64,000 nucleotides of DNA from Lama guanicoe (taxonomy: Eukaryota). The notes under the pieces were generated by a model, which saw nothing but the letters and a program-made list of their open reading frames with translations, had not been told where the DNA came from and made no database searches. Numbering within the stretch: the stretch's first letter is position 1; each line of letters starts with the position of its first letter. Shown here one piece after another: positions 24,481 to 37,961 of the stretch. The stretch is taken from the NCBI GenBank assembly GCA_013239625.1, contig MU056050.1, positions 1,412,084 to 1,476,083 on the forward strand, in the 5' to 3' direction. A program made the position numbers and the translations under genes.

Positions 24481-24757
24481 ATTTTTAATTGAAGTAGAGT
24501 CAGTTTATAATGTACCAATTTCTGATGTACAGAATAATGTTTTAGTGATACATATACATACGTATATCCCTTTTCATATTCTTTTACATTATAGGTTACT
24601 GTAAGACATTGAATATAGTTCCCTGTGCTGTACAGAAGAAACTTGTTCTTTATCTATTTTATATATAGTAGTTAGTATCTGCAAATGTCCAACTCCCAAT
24701 TTATCCCTTACTGCCCCCTTCCCCCCCTGGTAACTATGTTTGTTTTCTATATCTGTG
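24481..24757 (-). mobile_element. 5'-truncated lineage-specific L1 3' end with TSD
   Basis: Same 3' end as 4634-4858; flanked by ATAATATTCTTATTATT (24467-24483) and ATAATATTCCTACTATT (24759-24775). Confidence 0.88.
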
Positions 24758-25538
24758 GATAATATTCCTACTATTATAATTCAAATAACAACTGTTCACC
24801 TAAGAATCTCTCAGGAGTCCTTCTCCTTGGGTGATGGACCCAAAGGAAAATATCCCTTGAACCTTATTGGGACACATCAGAATTGTACATAATGAGTGCA
24901 TGAATGCATTGCGGCCCACGTGCCAAAGAAAAGAAACAATATTGTAGAATTTTCTGTAATAAGGTCTAGGATTTTCCTTTGAGAAAAATGGAGACAGAGT
25001 AGCAGTGAACACTGCCATCAGTGGCTTCTGAATGCTGACACACTATGGAGGCACAGAAAAGTGTAGAGAAATTGGGTCTGCTTATTTGGAAAACTGCATC
25101 TGGGAAAAAAAAAAGTAAAAGTTCTAGTTCAATAAATGTACGGTCTTCACCAACAATTTTCAAATATTTTAGATAGATACTTTGTTTAGGTAGAAAGATA
25201 CATTGTTCCATAAAAAGGTCATTCAGATTAGTAACAATCCTCCCTTGCTATTTAAGAGCTCATGGTCATAATAAATGAATGGGGAAAATAGCTGTTTTAG
25301 CTAGCACCCCATCAAGAAAGATGATAAATTTATTGCTAATTGAGACCTGAAGCCTGCCAGTATGGTGTTACATCATTGTTCACAGAAGCCTGTCTGAAGA
25401 CTCCTCACATCACTTACAAAGAATTACTTGCCTATACAAAACCAGTACTTACTTGAGGAATGGGAAACACCACGCTTACTGCTGAAAAATGCTAGAAGTA
25501 AATGTTGAGTGGATGCACCCAAGCATAATTCTTAGGAC

Positions 25539-25584
25539 TGATGATAATGATAATGATAATTATAATGATGATAATAATAATAAT
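25539..25584. repeat. (ATA/ATG)n degenerate trinucleotide repeat
   Basis: TGATGATAATGATAATGATAATTATAATGATGATAATAATAATAAT. Confidence 0.85.
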
Positions 25585-27147
25585 TCTCCTTTAATATAAT
25601 CTCAAAACAGTGAAACACTGGTATGATCACAACCAAGAAAGAACACACTACAAAGAAACATTTTTCTCCTTTGAATCCGACAAGAATGACTCATCTTTAT
25701 GCAGATCCAAATCCAAGAATCACAGGATGCTCCCTGAGTATTAATCTTCCCCCTTTCCTTCCTTTTTTTCCTTGCTCCTTCCCTTGCCTATTTCTTCCCT
25801 CCCTTCCTTCATCAAACACAATTTAACAAGCTTAGCCCAATGGGAGGGTATTTCTACTGGCACTTGAATGATCCTATCCCCTAAGAAATATCCTGACCCA
25901 TATTAAATCTCACCATTCTGTCCTCAGAATCAAGCCCCCTCCTCAGAATTTTAGAAAATAACTAGAAAATAGTTAAGAAAGGAAGAGGGGTTATTGGAAT
26001 TTTCCCCATCGTTTGAATCTCAGTTACAAGGATTAATGAGCGGGCGATGGAAGCTTTTTGTTGCAGAAATAGAGTAAGACTTGGAGCCTTTATAACAACT
26101 ATTTGTTGATTTAGTAGAAATTGTGTTTCACTAGCAGGGTCATTCATCAGCATGAGGCACTAGCAGCAATGTGCCCAGGAAAATCAATTTTCCAGAAGAC
26201 TCGGAGCTTACCAGAAGTCTTATGCTCTTAAGGCAGGAGATTCAGTTTGGTTGCTGACGAGTAAAAAGGAAGAATAAAAATGAGCATTTTAAACCAAGGC
26301 ACACATCACCATCAGGCTGTGTCATTTTATCAGTTAAAGGTGTTTAACAAAATTTTATGGATTTAGTAACTTTTTTATAACAGAAATAAATCACTTGGGT
26401 TTCAGCAAATCTGGAACACCCAGTACTTCAGATAGACTTTCTTTCTGGATATGAGAATTCATTATCATCATCATCATCATCTTCATCATAGTTATTAAGT
26501 ATTTTGATTAATTATTGCCTATAAAAGTGACAGTATTTTATTGTTCCCAAGACCATAATAGAGATGCATACTATTTATTCATTAGCATTTTCATATCTAT
26601 TTTTGGTCCCCCCAAATTTTATCCACATTTGGGATTAGAGACAGGACATATTACAAGTAACTTTTCATCCAGAGTAGAGTCCCCACTACCACCAGCTCAT
26701 TTATCTGTCCCTGCTTTTTGAGGAAATGGCAGCTGAAATAAACTTTGAGCAGAGCTATGTAGCTCTGAAATGAGTGGGACAGACCAGTGGTTACTTTGAA
26801 AGGCTTTGGGATGGGGGAAAGGGCACCTGCAGGCCCTTGTCAGAATGAACAGGCTATGCATATGGGGTCATTTGGAATGAAACCTAGAAGAAGAATGTCA
26901 GTTTTGTGTTAGGATACTTGAAGAGAGGGTGAAATGACAATACAAAGAAATCAACCACTTCACAGTTTTACTGAGAGCTGATGCTGTAATGATCTGACCT
27001 GCATATTGACCGTGTAACACTGCAGAATGGAAAGCTTGGAACTAATTTATCATGAAAAGGTATAATTAAGCTACCAATTGTTTTGCAACAGCAGGCGACA
27101 TCCTCCTTAGTAAGTCACACTCAAACTATAAAATTTTGTCTTTTAAC

Positions 27148-27275
27148 TTGACAGATGATAAAACCAAGGCTCAGAGAAGGAAGAAATTAACTCAAGATCA
27201 CCTAGGCAGGAAGTGGAGAGACAGGACTAGAATCTAGGTCCTAGGAATTCTAGCCATGAGCATCTTCCTAACACC
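27148..27275 (-). mobile_element. MIR SINE
   Basis: ACAGATGATAAAACCAAGGCTCAGAGAAG...CTCAAGATCAC...AGGACTAGAATCTAGGTC. Confidence 0.8.
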
Positions 27276-27557
27276 ATTGTTTCTGCAACTGGCAGAATAT
27301 AAGATCAAGTAACAAAAGGCGAATACCATCCTTTTAGGATGTGTGTTTTCAGAGTCCTAGGCTGTCCTAGGGAGAAGAGTAGTTGCATTTACTGGTTAAA
27401 GTATATTCACCTCTGAAATCACATGTCTCTGTTACTCAGTAAACACTCCCTTCTAAAGCCGAGTTTGAGACTACTGACAGTACTGTTTCTTGGGAAACTC
27501 CTTTGATTTCTTATTGATTGTCTTGATGGATTCAGACGACTCAGAGGATGTTGTTGT

Positions 27558-27680
27558 TGTTATTCCCGTTTCACAAATAGACACATAAAGCTCTAAAGGG
27601 TGATTTCTTCTTCAAGGACACATAGTTCTGAAACTGAGGACTAGGGACTAAACTTCAGATCCCACTCCTACAGTGCTTTG
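27558..27680 (-). mobile_element. MIR SINE remnant
   Basis: TTATTCCCGTTTCACAAATAGAC...TTCAAGGACACATAG...GGGACTAAACTTCAG. Confidence 0.55.
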
Positions 27681-28716
27681 CATTTTTCTATCCTTGACTG
27701 TGAATAACTCTCTGAGATATGTTGGATGGAGACTGAGATTAGCTCCTCTGAAAATAAAATGAAGTAAAACCTCTATGAGTTATGTATGTGTTTTATAATT
27801 AGAGTATGTGTGGTAGACAGTGATAGGAGCTGAGCCATTACCTCAAAGAACCAGAGTGGGAAAGAAACTGACAACAAAAAGTTCTATGCTTAGGAACAAA
27901 ATTATTTCCTGAAATAGGAAATGTTGGCTACAAAGGGGAAACAGAAGGAAATGAAGATTGATGGCTATTTTCCCCATATCCTTTTGAAAACTCAGCCCAC
28001 TAGGGAAGTAACTATTTATTTTATGGAATTATGAGATATTTACATTTTATAATTTATTCAGAACCAAGTGCTGAGATGCAATAAGCAATGTGTACTCATT
28101 TATAAAAAGGGGTCTTCAGGGGACAGTTGAATATTAAACCAAATTCTCCCTATATAAGTGTATTCTGTGATAGGACAACCTTGTTCACTGAAAGAAATTG
28201 ACATTTTGTTCAATTTCAAATAGAAGATGTAGTAAATATTTCTTATTAAGCATATTTTGGAGTGGATTGGATGCCTATAAATAAAAAATTCTTTCTAATG
28301 ATGTCCTAATTTTTATTATTTATGGCAACACAAGGATTTGAGAACTATAAGAAGAGTTTCTCAACCTGTCTCTATGAAGTAGCTTTAAAGAAGAAAATTA
28401 CTCACTGTGGAAATATACTGAGGTGTTGTGTTTTTTTTTTGTTATGAAGGAAAAAAATAGATGTGTGTAGATCCCTGAGCATTTAGCTGTGTTCCCCGGG
28501 TACTAGAAGATTCCTTGTGTCCATGCCTGAAATCCTATGCATGGTTGTGGTCATCACAACACGGAGAAATTTCCCTCAAGTTTCTTCTCACTCCATTCCC
28601 TCCAACACATGAAGCTGTCTTCATGGACCAGTGCTTTCACCATGTTATCATCAAAATCAAGGACCTACAACAGCTCTCAACAGGTGGAAATGAATGCTTC
28701 TCCAGGAAGATGCCTT

Positions 28717-28890
28717 GTGTGGCAGAAATAACATAGGATTTGGAGATAGACAAAGCTGGGTTCTAATCCATGTTCTGTCTTAAGTATGTAATGTCTGCAA
28801 GTCATTCAAACTTTCTGAACTTTATTTTCTGCTTTTCTAAAAAAAAATGCATGTCTACCTCCATGATGATTTTGAATATTAGAAGTAATA
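28717..28890 (+). mobile_element. MIR SINE, split by the MLT1 LTR (tail resumes ~29393-29450)
   Basis: AGACAAAGCTGGGTTCTAATCC...GCAAGTCATTCAAACTTTCTGAACTT. Confidence 0.65.
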
Positions 28891-28893
28891 TTG

Positions 28894-29392
28894 GTGTAGA
28901 TTGTTTTAAATGGGGCTCAGTAATTCCTCCCATTCCTGCATTCATGTTACTTTTAAATGTGACCTTGCAACTCCTTCCATCAAAAGGTGGAGTCTAGTTC
29001 TCTACTTCTTAATCTGAAATTGGCCATGTGATAAACTATGGTCAGTTAAACATTAGCAAACAAGTTGCAAGCAGAGGCTTTAAACGTATTTGCACATTGA
29101 ATACTGCCTTCTCCTTCCTACTTTTGGAACCTAGCTGCCAAGTGAAAAAACCCTAAGCTAGCCTGCTGGATGATGAGAAACACAGGATCCATCCACCCTC
29201 ATTGCTGCAGTTGACAAGAAGCCAACTCCCAGAAGCTAACTGCAGATGTGTGAATGAGCCCAGCCAAGATCATCAGAATAACTGTCCAGATGAGCCCAGC
29301 CCAAATTCCTAACTTGCAAAAATCATGAATGTTTTTCATTTTAAGTCACCAGGTCTTGAGATAGATTGTTACACAGCAAAAGTTAAGTGATA
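28894..29392 (+). mobile_element. Solo MLT1 LTR (MLT1G/H-like)
   Basis: CCTTCCATCAAAAGGTGGAGTCTA, GCAAGCAGAGGCTT, GCTAGCCTGCTGGATGATGAGA, TGAGCCCAGCCCAAATTCCTAAC and TTTTAAGTCAC...TTGTTACACAGCAA. Confidence 0.85.
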
Positions 29393-29769
29393 AAAATGTA
29401 CATAAAGTCTGCTATAGTCCACGGGATGCAATAGACACCTAAAAATGATACATCCACATTCTCCCTAATATAGCTTGACCTGAACATTTCCAGTGTTTGT
29501 TACTTACCTACTTGAACTTGCCCAAAGCACTGACATTACTACCATGCTTCTTTATCTACCTATAAAAATCTATTTTTCCACAACCTGTCATGATGTAAAT
29601 ATTTAATTAAAATCCCAACACCTCCACAAGGCCTTCTTTAGCCACAGAAGCATATCATTATCACTTATTTTTCTTATATTCTATTACTTATAATGTAAAA
29701 TACATAATGTAGCACTTTAGGTATTAATTCACTGTCCTTTAGTAATCGATTCATGTGTGTGGATCTTCA

Positions 29770-29990
29770 TTTAGTGAATAAATAGTTACTGAATTGCTAC
29801 AAGACCATGTGATAGATTCTGGGGACAAAGATGAATAAGATATAACTCTACCCTCAAGTTACTCACAGTAGTAATAAATGCAGACAAATAATAGTGATGC
29901 AGTGAAATTTGTGCTATAAGAGAAGTAAGTATAGTGGTGGAACAAGGCAGTTTTGAAGGTTGGGAAAATCTTTACTGAGGAACTTATGAT
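29770..29990 (-). mobile_element. L2 3' remnant
   Basis: AATAAATAGTTACTGAATTGCTAC...CTGGGGACAAAGATGAATAAGA...CCCTCAAG. Confidence 0.65.
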
Positions 29991-30374
29991 TTAGAATTCC
30001 ACCCCTGCTCCCAACAGTGGTGAATTCAGTCTTCCAATATTCAGAAGGAATAGGGTACACAAAGTTATTAAGAAACTGTGCTTAATCTTTGGTGCATAAC
30101 GATACTTTCCGTTTTTCCTAAGTGTTTATTGTGAAAATGACATTATTTGTGTTCTACAGATGAGTAAACTGAGGCTAAAAGTGTTAAACAATTTGATCAA
30201 AATCTTGTTTTCTTTCTTCAAACTATACTGTATGCATTTCGAGGACAACAATCACATTGTAAAACTCTACTTTCAATAAAACATATAGGACCTAAATAAT
30301 TTTCAGTGAACACTTATGGAATGAAAGAAAATGAACTGGATATAATAGTTTTCTCTCATGGGTTAAGAAGGAAT

Positions 30375-30875
30375 TCAGTGGCCTCCCCTTTGTCTTAGCA
30401 TAAAATACAAAACCTGGTCTCCAAGTCCCTGAAGGAACTGTCACTAATGTATCTTTACAAGCTCCACTCATGCTTGACTCAATTGTGCTATTTATGCTCT
30501 AGCCATACTGGGCTTTTCTCAGTTTTTAGAATGTGCCAAACCCTCTCCTGGGCCTTTAACACCTGCTGCTTCCTCCGTCTGGAACATTCCCCTCCTCTTG
30601 TGAGTCCCCTTCCTCCCTGTATCTAACTCCAACTCATCCTTCAGGTTTCTCCTGAAGCATTACTTCTTAAGGAAACCATGAATCCTCAGACTAAGACAGG
30701 TCCTCTTTGTTAGTGACAGCCACAAAATTGTATGCATCTCTATAATTTTAACTACATGTTTACATTTGGTCTTTTCTCCTGTACTGATAGCTAATAGGAA
30801 TCTTCTTTTGACCGCTTTGTCCCTGATGGTGACGACATAAAGTAGGCATTAACAACATTTATTCATCAATTTGAG
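30375..30875 (+). mobile_element. L2 3' region
   Basis: CTCTAGCCATACTGGGC, GGGCCTTTAACACCTGCTGCTTCCTCCGTCTGGAAC and CTAACTCCAACTCATCCTTCAGG. Confidence 0.75.
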
Positions 30876-31539
30876 TAAATATGTTATTTGGTGAGGAGTC
30901 TGTGCCTCTCATGTGTAGAAATGGTTATTGTGTTGTCATGAAAAATATTTCATTTGGTGTTGTAGTATGGCTTTAAGTGGTGTCATGCTTGAAAGAGGGC
31001 TATGCGCATTGTATGCACTCTGCACTTGGGTCCCTGTTGTGCATTCAGTACCTTGATTGAGAATGAGAGGCATGCGACTCCCAAGCAGTCAGTGTTAATG
31101 CAGACATTTCACTTCCATCCACTTGGTATTGTCTAAGATTAAATGATGTCAAAAAGATCATGGGGAATGTAATTTTTTTCAAACAAATTCTGTAATGTTT
31201 GCTACAGGGAAGCTTTTTTAAGGTCTGAGAAGCTATTTCCATCAACATCCAGTGATACTCTATTTTTAACAAGGAGCCTGTTTGCTCATGAAATGCTTGT
31301 TGCATACATTTTGTTTGTGGTGAATGTTTCCCTTTAGATATGCCTTGTCCATGGAGTTAATGCCTAATGTTTTCCAACTCTTAAAAATAATAAACTCACT
31401 GAATCATCGTCAGTGGAAATGGTTGTCCAGAACCATTCAGTATCTTTAATCACTGTATGAAAACAAAATTGTTTTGAGAATTCTGACTCCAGGAAGCATA
31501 ACACAACTGTTAAAACTCAGTTTTTGTAGTAGGATAAAA

Positions 31540-31712
31540 TTGGGATTGAATTCAGGCGCTGCCATTCTGTAGTGCGTAGTGGTGGGACTTGGAACAAGTT
31601 ATCTAATCTTGGTAGTCTCAGGTTTCCTATCTGTGAACTAGGGATCCTAATGGTATCTGCCTCACTGGGTTGTTGCAGGGATTAAAGACTATAATTCATG
31701 TTAAGTACTTTA
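31540..31712 (+). mobile_element. MIR SINE
   Basis: ACTTGGAACAAGTTATCTAATCT..GTCTCAGGTTTCCTATCTGTGAA..GGGTTGTTGCAGGGATTAAA. Confidence 0.8.
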
Positions 31713-32111
31713 CTAAAATTAACTGTGTGCTTACCATTTGCTCAATGTAATTATTTAGTATCAAAATTCTTGATAATGATTATTATAAGGAGAAAGGATT
31801 AGGGAGACCATTTTAAGCAAATTGAATGAATAAATTCATGGAGATAGGGATACAAAAAGAGTCTGAAGTGTATTTAGGGGTCAGTGAGGAAAATCCTCTA
31901 CCTTGATGGCAGAGTTTATGGAGGAGACTAATGAGAGACCAGATTGGGGATATGTGTTTTGAGGATGAGAAACTGGAACTCTTATACTGTAAACAACAGG
32001 GAGTCATTGAAGCCACTTTCTTTTAAACAGGACCAGGAAACAGGACCAGGTTTGTGGTATATGTTCTGCTACAATTTCAAAGTATCAGGGGAAGTTTTAG
32101 TTTCTACTAAC

Positions 32112-32255
32112 TGCTATGGACTGAATTGTGCCCCTACTCCCCCGCCCCCAACCCATATGCTGAAACCCTGTCCTCCACACATGATGGTATTTGGAGACGA
32201 GGCCTTTGAGAGGTAATTAGGTTTAGATGAGGTCATGAGAATGGGGCCCTCGTGA
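32112..32255 (+). mobile_element. 5' fragment of an MLT1A-type LTR
   Basis: TGCTATGGACTGAATTGTGCCCC...GATGGTATTTGGAGACGAGGCCTTTGAGAGGTAATTAGGTTTAGATGAGGTCATGAG. Confidence 0.88.
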
Positions 32256-32899
32256 TTTTTAGCAGTGCTACCTATATAGTCAGAGAAGTTTAAGTTTAAA
32301 TACAAAAATGAGCTAATTTTTAACTCTGAGAAAAGACTAACTGGTGATATCTTTAACTCATCTCAAAGGTTTACTGAAATACACAAATCCTTATATGTTT
32401 TTAAATTGTGCTGTAGTTAATTTCCTATTTAATTATTGTACTTTAACAAGTAGATATGCTCAAGTGTTGAAGAAGGAGTCCCTTTTTGCCTTGAAATATT
32501 TTGAGTGTAAAAGCATGACTCTTTAACCACAACCATGGAGCACAGTTGTTCCACATACAAGACTACTGTTGTAACAGTGTCAACATGGTGAGAGGTGATC
32601 CTAGCTGGGAGCCAAATACTTAGACATAAATGGTGTTTTTCCATCATTTCAAAATACCATTGAAAGCAAACAACTAGTTACTTTGAAAACAACCAGTTTA
32701 TAACCGTTGTTTCATTGAAAATTGATAATTGCTTTTCAGTCAATTCATTTTATGTAGATACAACCTTGAAGTTATGTCAGTTGTAAAGTTTTGGAACTAC
32801 AATGCTCGTATTTTATTACCTTTGGTGCACATATTTTCAGATACTCTTTGCATGTTCAATGCACTTACAAGAGATCTAATAATAACCCCTACGTGTTTA

Positions 32900-33110
32900 T
32901 ATGTGTATAACCATACATTTAAAAGTATTTTATGTGCAATTTCCCATATGATCTGAACAATATCTTTGAGGATTTTCCCCTCATTTTTACATATATGTTA
33001 ATTGATGCTTAGGGAAATTAAGTGGTTCCCCCAAGTTCACACACTTAGTACACGGCAGACACACCGCTAGAATTCAGGCATCTGTCAGTCCAGTGCTGCT
33101 TCCATGTCAC
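32900..33110 (-). mobile_element. MIR SINE remnant
   Basis: CCCCTCATTTTTACATAT..GCTTAGGGAAATTAAGTGGTTCCCCCAAGTTCACAC..AGAATTCAGGCATCTG. Confidence 0.7.
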
Positions 33111-33623
33111 CAAGCCAAGCATGTCTTTTCTCAGAGAAAAGTGAGGAGATCATCACCTTCTTTAGAAAGACTAGTTTTGTTTTTTGTTCTTTTCCTCATT
33201 AATCTTCATATTTCCTTATGTCTCTTTAATCATGGCCTTCTGTCACTACCAAGAACATCCAGCATTTCGCGCTTCTCCTACCAATGTAGAACCACAGCGT
33301 CCTTCTTTAAAAAGCTCACATAGGCTATTTTTTATGGTGTTTGTAAGAGAAATACTCTGGGAAACTGCAGTTCATCACTGAAACACTGTTAGTCTGTTCT
33401 CATGACTAGGATAGGATGCGGACAGTTCTGGATAGAAAACAAAAGTTGTGTAATTGTGTCATTCTTTAGGTAATCAGTAGGCTGAGTTTTTGAAACAGCC
33501 GCTCTAGAGGACTGAACAGAACAGATTCCCAGTAGATCCTAGGTGTGCTAATTGATTGACATGAGGCTCTGAATCACTTAGGAGACTAAAGGGAAACTAG
33601 TAAAGATGAGCAGTCATGTGGGT

Positions 33624-33940
33624 TAGCATTGTCCAATAGAAATATAATGCAAGCCATATATGTCATTTTATCTTTTTGCATAGGCATACTTAAAAAGTGA
33701 ATATAAATAAAAGAAATGAATTTAATAATACATTTTACTTAGCCCAATATATTCAAATATTATACCTGTAACATGCAATAGCATTTACAAATTATTAGTG
33801 ATACATTTTACTTTCCTTTTTAGTAGTAAGTTTTTGAAATCTGGTGAATAGTTTGCACTCATAGCATGTATCAGTTTGGATCAACCATATTTCAAGCATT
33901 TAACAGACATATATGGCTGGTGTCTGCTATACTGGAGAGA
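33624..33940. mobile_element. MER33 hAT-Charlie MITE
   Basis: GCATTGTCCAATAGAAATATAATGCAAGCCATATATG...CCATATTTCAAGCATTTAACAGACATATATGGCTGGTG..TATACTGGA; about 320 bp. Confidence 0.85.
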
Positions 33941-34087
33941 ACAAACAGCCTAGAACTTTTATTAAAGACTTTCATATATGGTCATGGAAATACTGGATTA
34001 CTACTATTACTTCGAAAATGGTGAAGGTACAATTTCCTGCTTCTGGATGTGAATGCTCATATACATTGAGGATAGAAGTGGACTAAA

Positions 34088-34305
34088 GCCAGGTTTCTTA
34101 CCCTCAGCACTACTGACATTTTTGGCCAGATAATTCTTTGTTGTAGGGGGATGTCCTGTGCATTATAGGATGTTTACCCATATCCCTGGCCTCTACCCAC
34201 TATGTTTCAGTAGGATTCCCTCTAGTTGTAACAACCAAACATACTTCCCGAATATGTCAAACGTACTGGGGAGGGGGTGATGTCACCCCTGGTTGAGAAC
34301 CAGTC
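34088..34305. mobile_element. MER20 hAT-Charlie MITE
   Basis: CTCAGCACTACTGACATTTTTGGCCAGATAATTCTTTGTTGTAGGGG..TGTCCTGTGCATTATAGGATGTTTA..CCCTGGTTGAGAACCA. Confidence 0.9.
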
Positions 34306-35164
34306 ATCTAAAGAATGTTTCTAACCAAAGAGTTTTAGATTTAGACTGGATGATACACAAAGCAAAGATTTTTGAACTCTGAGCCCTTAATATCAATCCT
34401 CCATTTCATTGTCAATGTGTTCATCTTGGATGTTTGGATAAGAGGACCAGATGATTTGGTAACTTTTTCAGTATCTGATGTTGCTCAAGACAATGACTTT
34501 GAACCTAGATTGAAATGCTTAACTTTCCTTTCTTCAAGAGTCAGAGAGGATATTCTTGAACCTCTTCCTGAAGTAACCGGAAGGAAGAAGTAAAGAATGG
34601 ATAGTTCAGAGAAAATCAACTTAAACAACAGAGGGGGAAAAATTGTGTCTGGCAAATGGTAAATTGTGAACAGCTATAGGCACATAATACTTTATCCAGT
34701 CTAACAAACATTGATCAGCTTTCAAAACCCTCCAAAATCTGACCTCCTCTTACTTAGCCAAAATATCTCTCACAGCTTCCCAAATAAAAGTCTGAACCAT
34801 TAAACAGATTTTCATATAGTTTGCTGAATATACCATGGTCCTTCCCATAGTCATGCATTTGTTCATGCTGTTTCTCTCACATAGGATGTTCTTCCAATTT
34901 CCTTTTACTAATTTAAATTTAATTTATCTTTAAGATCCTGCTCAGGCCCTAGTTTATTCTTGAAGCCATCTCTGACTTGATTTATATTGATCAATCTCTT
35001 TTTTTTAATGCTGAGACGAATTAAGTGTTGAAAGGTGCTATTTGTGTAGACTCACTTTATAACCATAATGAGAGTGCAAGTTCTTGGAGGGCAGGGGCTT
35101 TTCTTTTTTTGTCCAAACACAAAAATACACAGACCCTGCAGATAGCACTTGGCAGGTTATAGCA

Positions 35165-35523
35165 TGTTTCAGGTTGAATTCTATGAGAAGCAGATGCTCA
35201 GTTAGAGTTTAGTAGGCTGGATGTTTACTATGAAGTGCCCTTGGGATCAAAATCTGTGAAAGGGAGGAGAAATAAGTAGAACTGATCAGAAGGAAGGGTT
35301 GAGCTGCAACGCAGGTCCAAGAGCCTCAGCCAACTCTAGAACTATAATGGCCCTCACTTGGCCAAAACTGCCAGAGTTTTATAACCCTACCTCCAAAAGG
35401 TCATTATATAGACTTCCCCTTGGACAGTCCCTGAAGGGGTTGAGTATACTTTGAGCAGCTAGGTCAACAAACAAATCTTTCTTTAAAGGGAGATTTGGAC
35501 AACCTGTTTTCATGTCTGTCACA
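35165..35523 (-). mobile_element. Solo ERVL-class LTR (LTR33-like)
   Basis: GAAGCAGATGCTCAG..ATGTTTACT..GTGCCCTTGGGATCAAAATCTGTGAAAGGGAGG..GTTGAGCTGCAACGCAG. Confidence 0.6.
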
Positions 35524-35999
35524 AAGTGATAGATGTGTGAAAGGAATTCTGTGAATGTTTATTGAATACTAGAAGATTTTGCAGTGGTGCTACCTTATAG
35601 GAGACTGAATCAGGGGAAGATTTTGTCTGTCAGTCTAGTTGGGTGGGCCTATTTGATCATCATGCAGATGGCTTTTCTAAGGAATAATTCTTCCAAGATA
35701 AGAAGAATGACTCAGTGTGATGCACCGCAAAATACTCCATCAGGGAGTAAAAGTTATGATGGTTTTGGAATATCTCCAATGACTGTTACATTATCAAACT
35801 GAGATAGCATAAAAACTTTGCTGGATATGTTCAAGAATCAGGTTAACCTAGTACAGGTGCTGAAAGACCATGCTTATGCTTGCAGGCTCAGTGTTGTTAA
35901 AAGAAAAGCCAGTAAGCCATGCTCTCAGTTTCTGAATCTACCATTTTAGTTCCTCTATAGACAAAGAGTGGCTGGGGTAGGGTGGTGCGAACATACTTA

Positions 36000-36400
36000 T
36001 TTAGTTGATACTATATACTAAATCTTTTATTCCCTTAGCTATTAACCTTTGCAACAATCCCAGGAAATAGGGAGCACTCTCTCTAGTTTTTAGATGAGAA
36101 AACTGTAGCTCTGAGTTGTAAATTATCCCTGATACCATCACCAGCATCATCATTATCAACATCGCCAAAACAGACACAGTACTTACTTTTTACTAGACAT
36201 TCTTCTAAGTGTTTTACATATGGAAACTCACTTATTTCTAATAATTATGAAGTACAGACTTTTGTTATTCACACTTTACAGATAAAGTTACTGAGTCACA
36301 AAGAGGATTAGTAACCTGCTCAAGGTTATGCAAATAGTGGCAAAGGTGAAATCTGAAATCCGGCTGCTTGTCTCTAGTTTTTGTCCTCTTAACCACTAAG
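36000..36400 (-). mobile_element. Two MIR remnants
   Basis: TTTTAGATGAGAAAACTGTAGCTC and CTTTACAGATAAAGTTACTGAGTCACA..GTAACCTGCTCAAGGTTATGCAAATAGTGGCAAAG. Confidence 0.75.
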
Positions 36401-37275
36401 CCAACTTGCCTAACTAGTAAAAAGCAGAAATGAGGCATAAAAACAAGATGGTCTTCTAAAGGCAGCCTTTTTTCACTACACAGGATGGCTTCAAAGGCAC
36501 TATGCTTATACATTTTGAAGAATCATTTTCTTCTGATAGCAGAAGGGTCTACATAGCAAATTGATGAAATGGTTATGAGACGACCTTTAGGACAGATATA
36601 TGATTTAGTAGGTCATGGAAGTTGGCTTCTTTTCAGAAATTATGAGATTTCTGAAAAGGTGGCTGAGAATCAGATTTCATATTTGATGTCTTCTAGAAAA
36701 TAGTATTTTTCTCATTCTAATTAGTGCAACCATTGAAGATTTCTGAGGCTTATTTGGCCTTGTCTAGAATCTACTGCCATGTTTGACTGCCCCAAGTGAC
36801 AGGAGAAGGCCAAAAACAAATCCCAGCAACAGAGGTTTTAGCAGGATTCCACCTGCCAGAATCAATCGTGACAGAAATTTAGCCAGCTCCCACAGAATTA
36901 CCCTCCAATTGTATCCTCTATGCTTCGCCTGTCTCTCCAAGTGAATTGCAATCTCACCCAGAGCAGAGATTGCATATTATTTGTATCCCCATCCCCTTCT
37001 ACAATAGAGGGTAAATGAGGTTTTGAAATGAAATTTTGAAACCATGCCTATGGAAACTTAACAGTAACTGAATCACAGGGCTCATATTTTCTTGACCATG
37101 TTGAAAATACTTTTTTTTTTTTTACAACCCATTGTAACAAATTAAAATGAAATGCTTTTGATCTTAGTGTTTCTGCAGAGGCTCACAGGCTGATAGCAAT
37201 CCAATAGGTGCCAAGTACCTGGACATCCTAAAGCAAGGGGCTATATTAACAATCTAGACCACATTACCATGCATA

Positions 37276-37961
37276 CAGTATTTCCCCCTTATCCACGGGG
37301 GATACATTCCAAGACTCCCAGTGCATGCCTGAAACCACAGATAGTACCAAAGCCTATAAATACTGTGTTTTTTTCCTATATGTACATACCTATGATAAAG
37401 TTCAATTAATAAGCTAGACATAGTAAGAGATTAACACCTAATCATAAAATAGAACAATATAACAATATACTGTAATAAAAGTTATGTAGATGTGCTCTCT
37501 CTCGCATTCTCTTTCTCTTCCCCCTCCTCTCAAAATACCTTATTGTACTGTACTCACCCTTCTTCTTGTGATCTTGGGATAAACACATTCAAATGAGATG
37601 ATAAAATATGTGTGTGATGAAATGAAGTGATGTAAATGACATAGGCATGATATAGTGTTAGGCTACTACTGACTTTCTGATAAGTCAAAAGGAGGGTCAT
37701 CTGCTTCAGGTGACCCTAGATCATCTAGCCATGTTGATGTCAATGGTTGGATGTCAGGAGCAGGTAATGCTGATGGTTGAGGATCCTATACAGGGGAGCA
37801 AGACAGTGAGAAATTTCATCATTGCCATTCAGAATGGCTCATAATTTAACACCTGTGAATTGTTTATTTCTAGGTTTTTATATTTAATATTTTTGGACTT
37901 AGGTTGACCACAGGTAACTGAAAACACAGAGAGCAAAACTGTGGATAAGGGGTGACTATGG
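37276..37961. mobile_element. MER44/Tigger7-family TcMar non-autonomous DNA transposon
   Basis: Terminal inverted repeats CAGTATTCCCCCTTATCCAC ... GTGGATAAGGGGTGACTATGG, flanked by TA at 37274-37275 and 37962-37963. Confidence 0.9.

Noticed and set aside
31059..31139. Possible 81-nt minus-strand exon (QYQVDGSEMSALTLTAWESHASHSQSR)
   Set aside because: Weak donor (GTACTG) and no recognisable homology.
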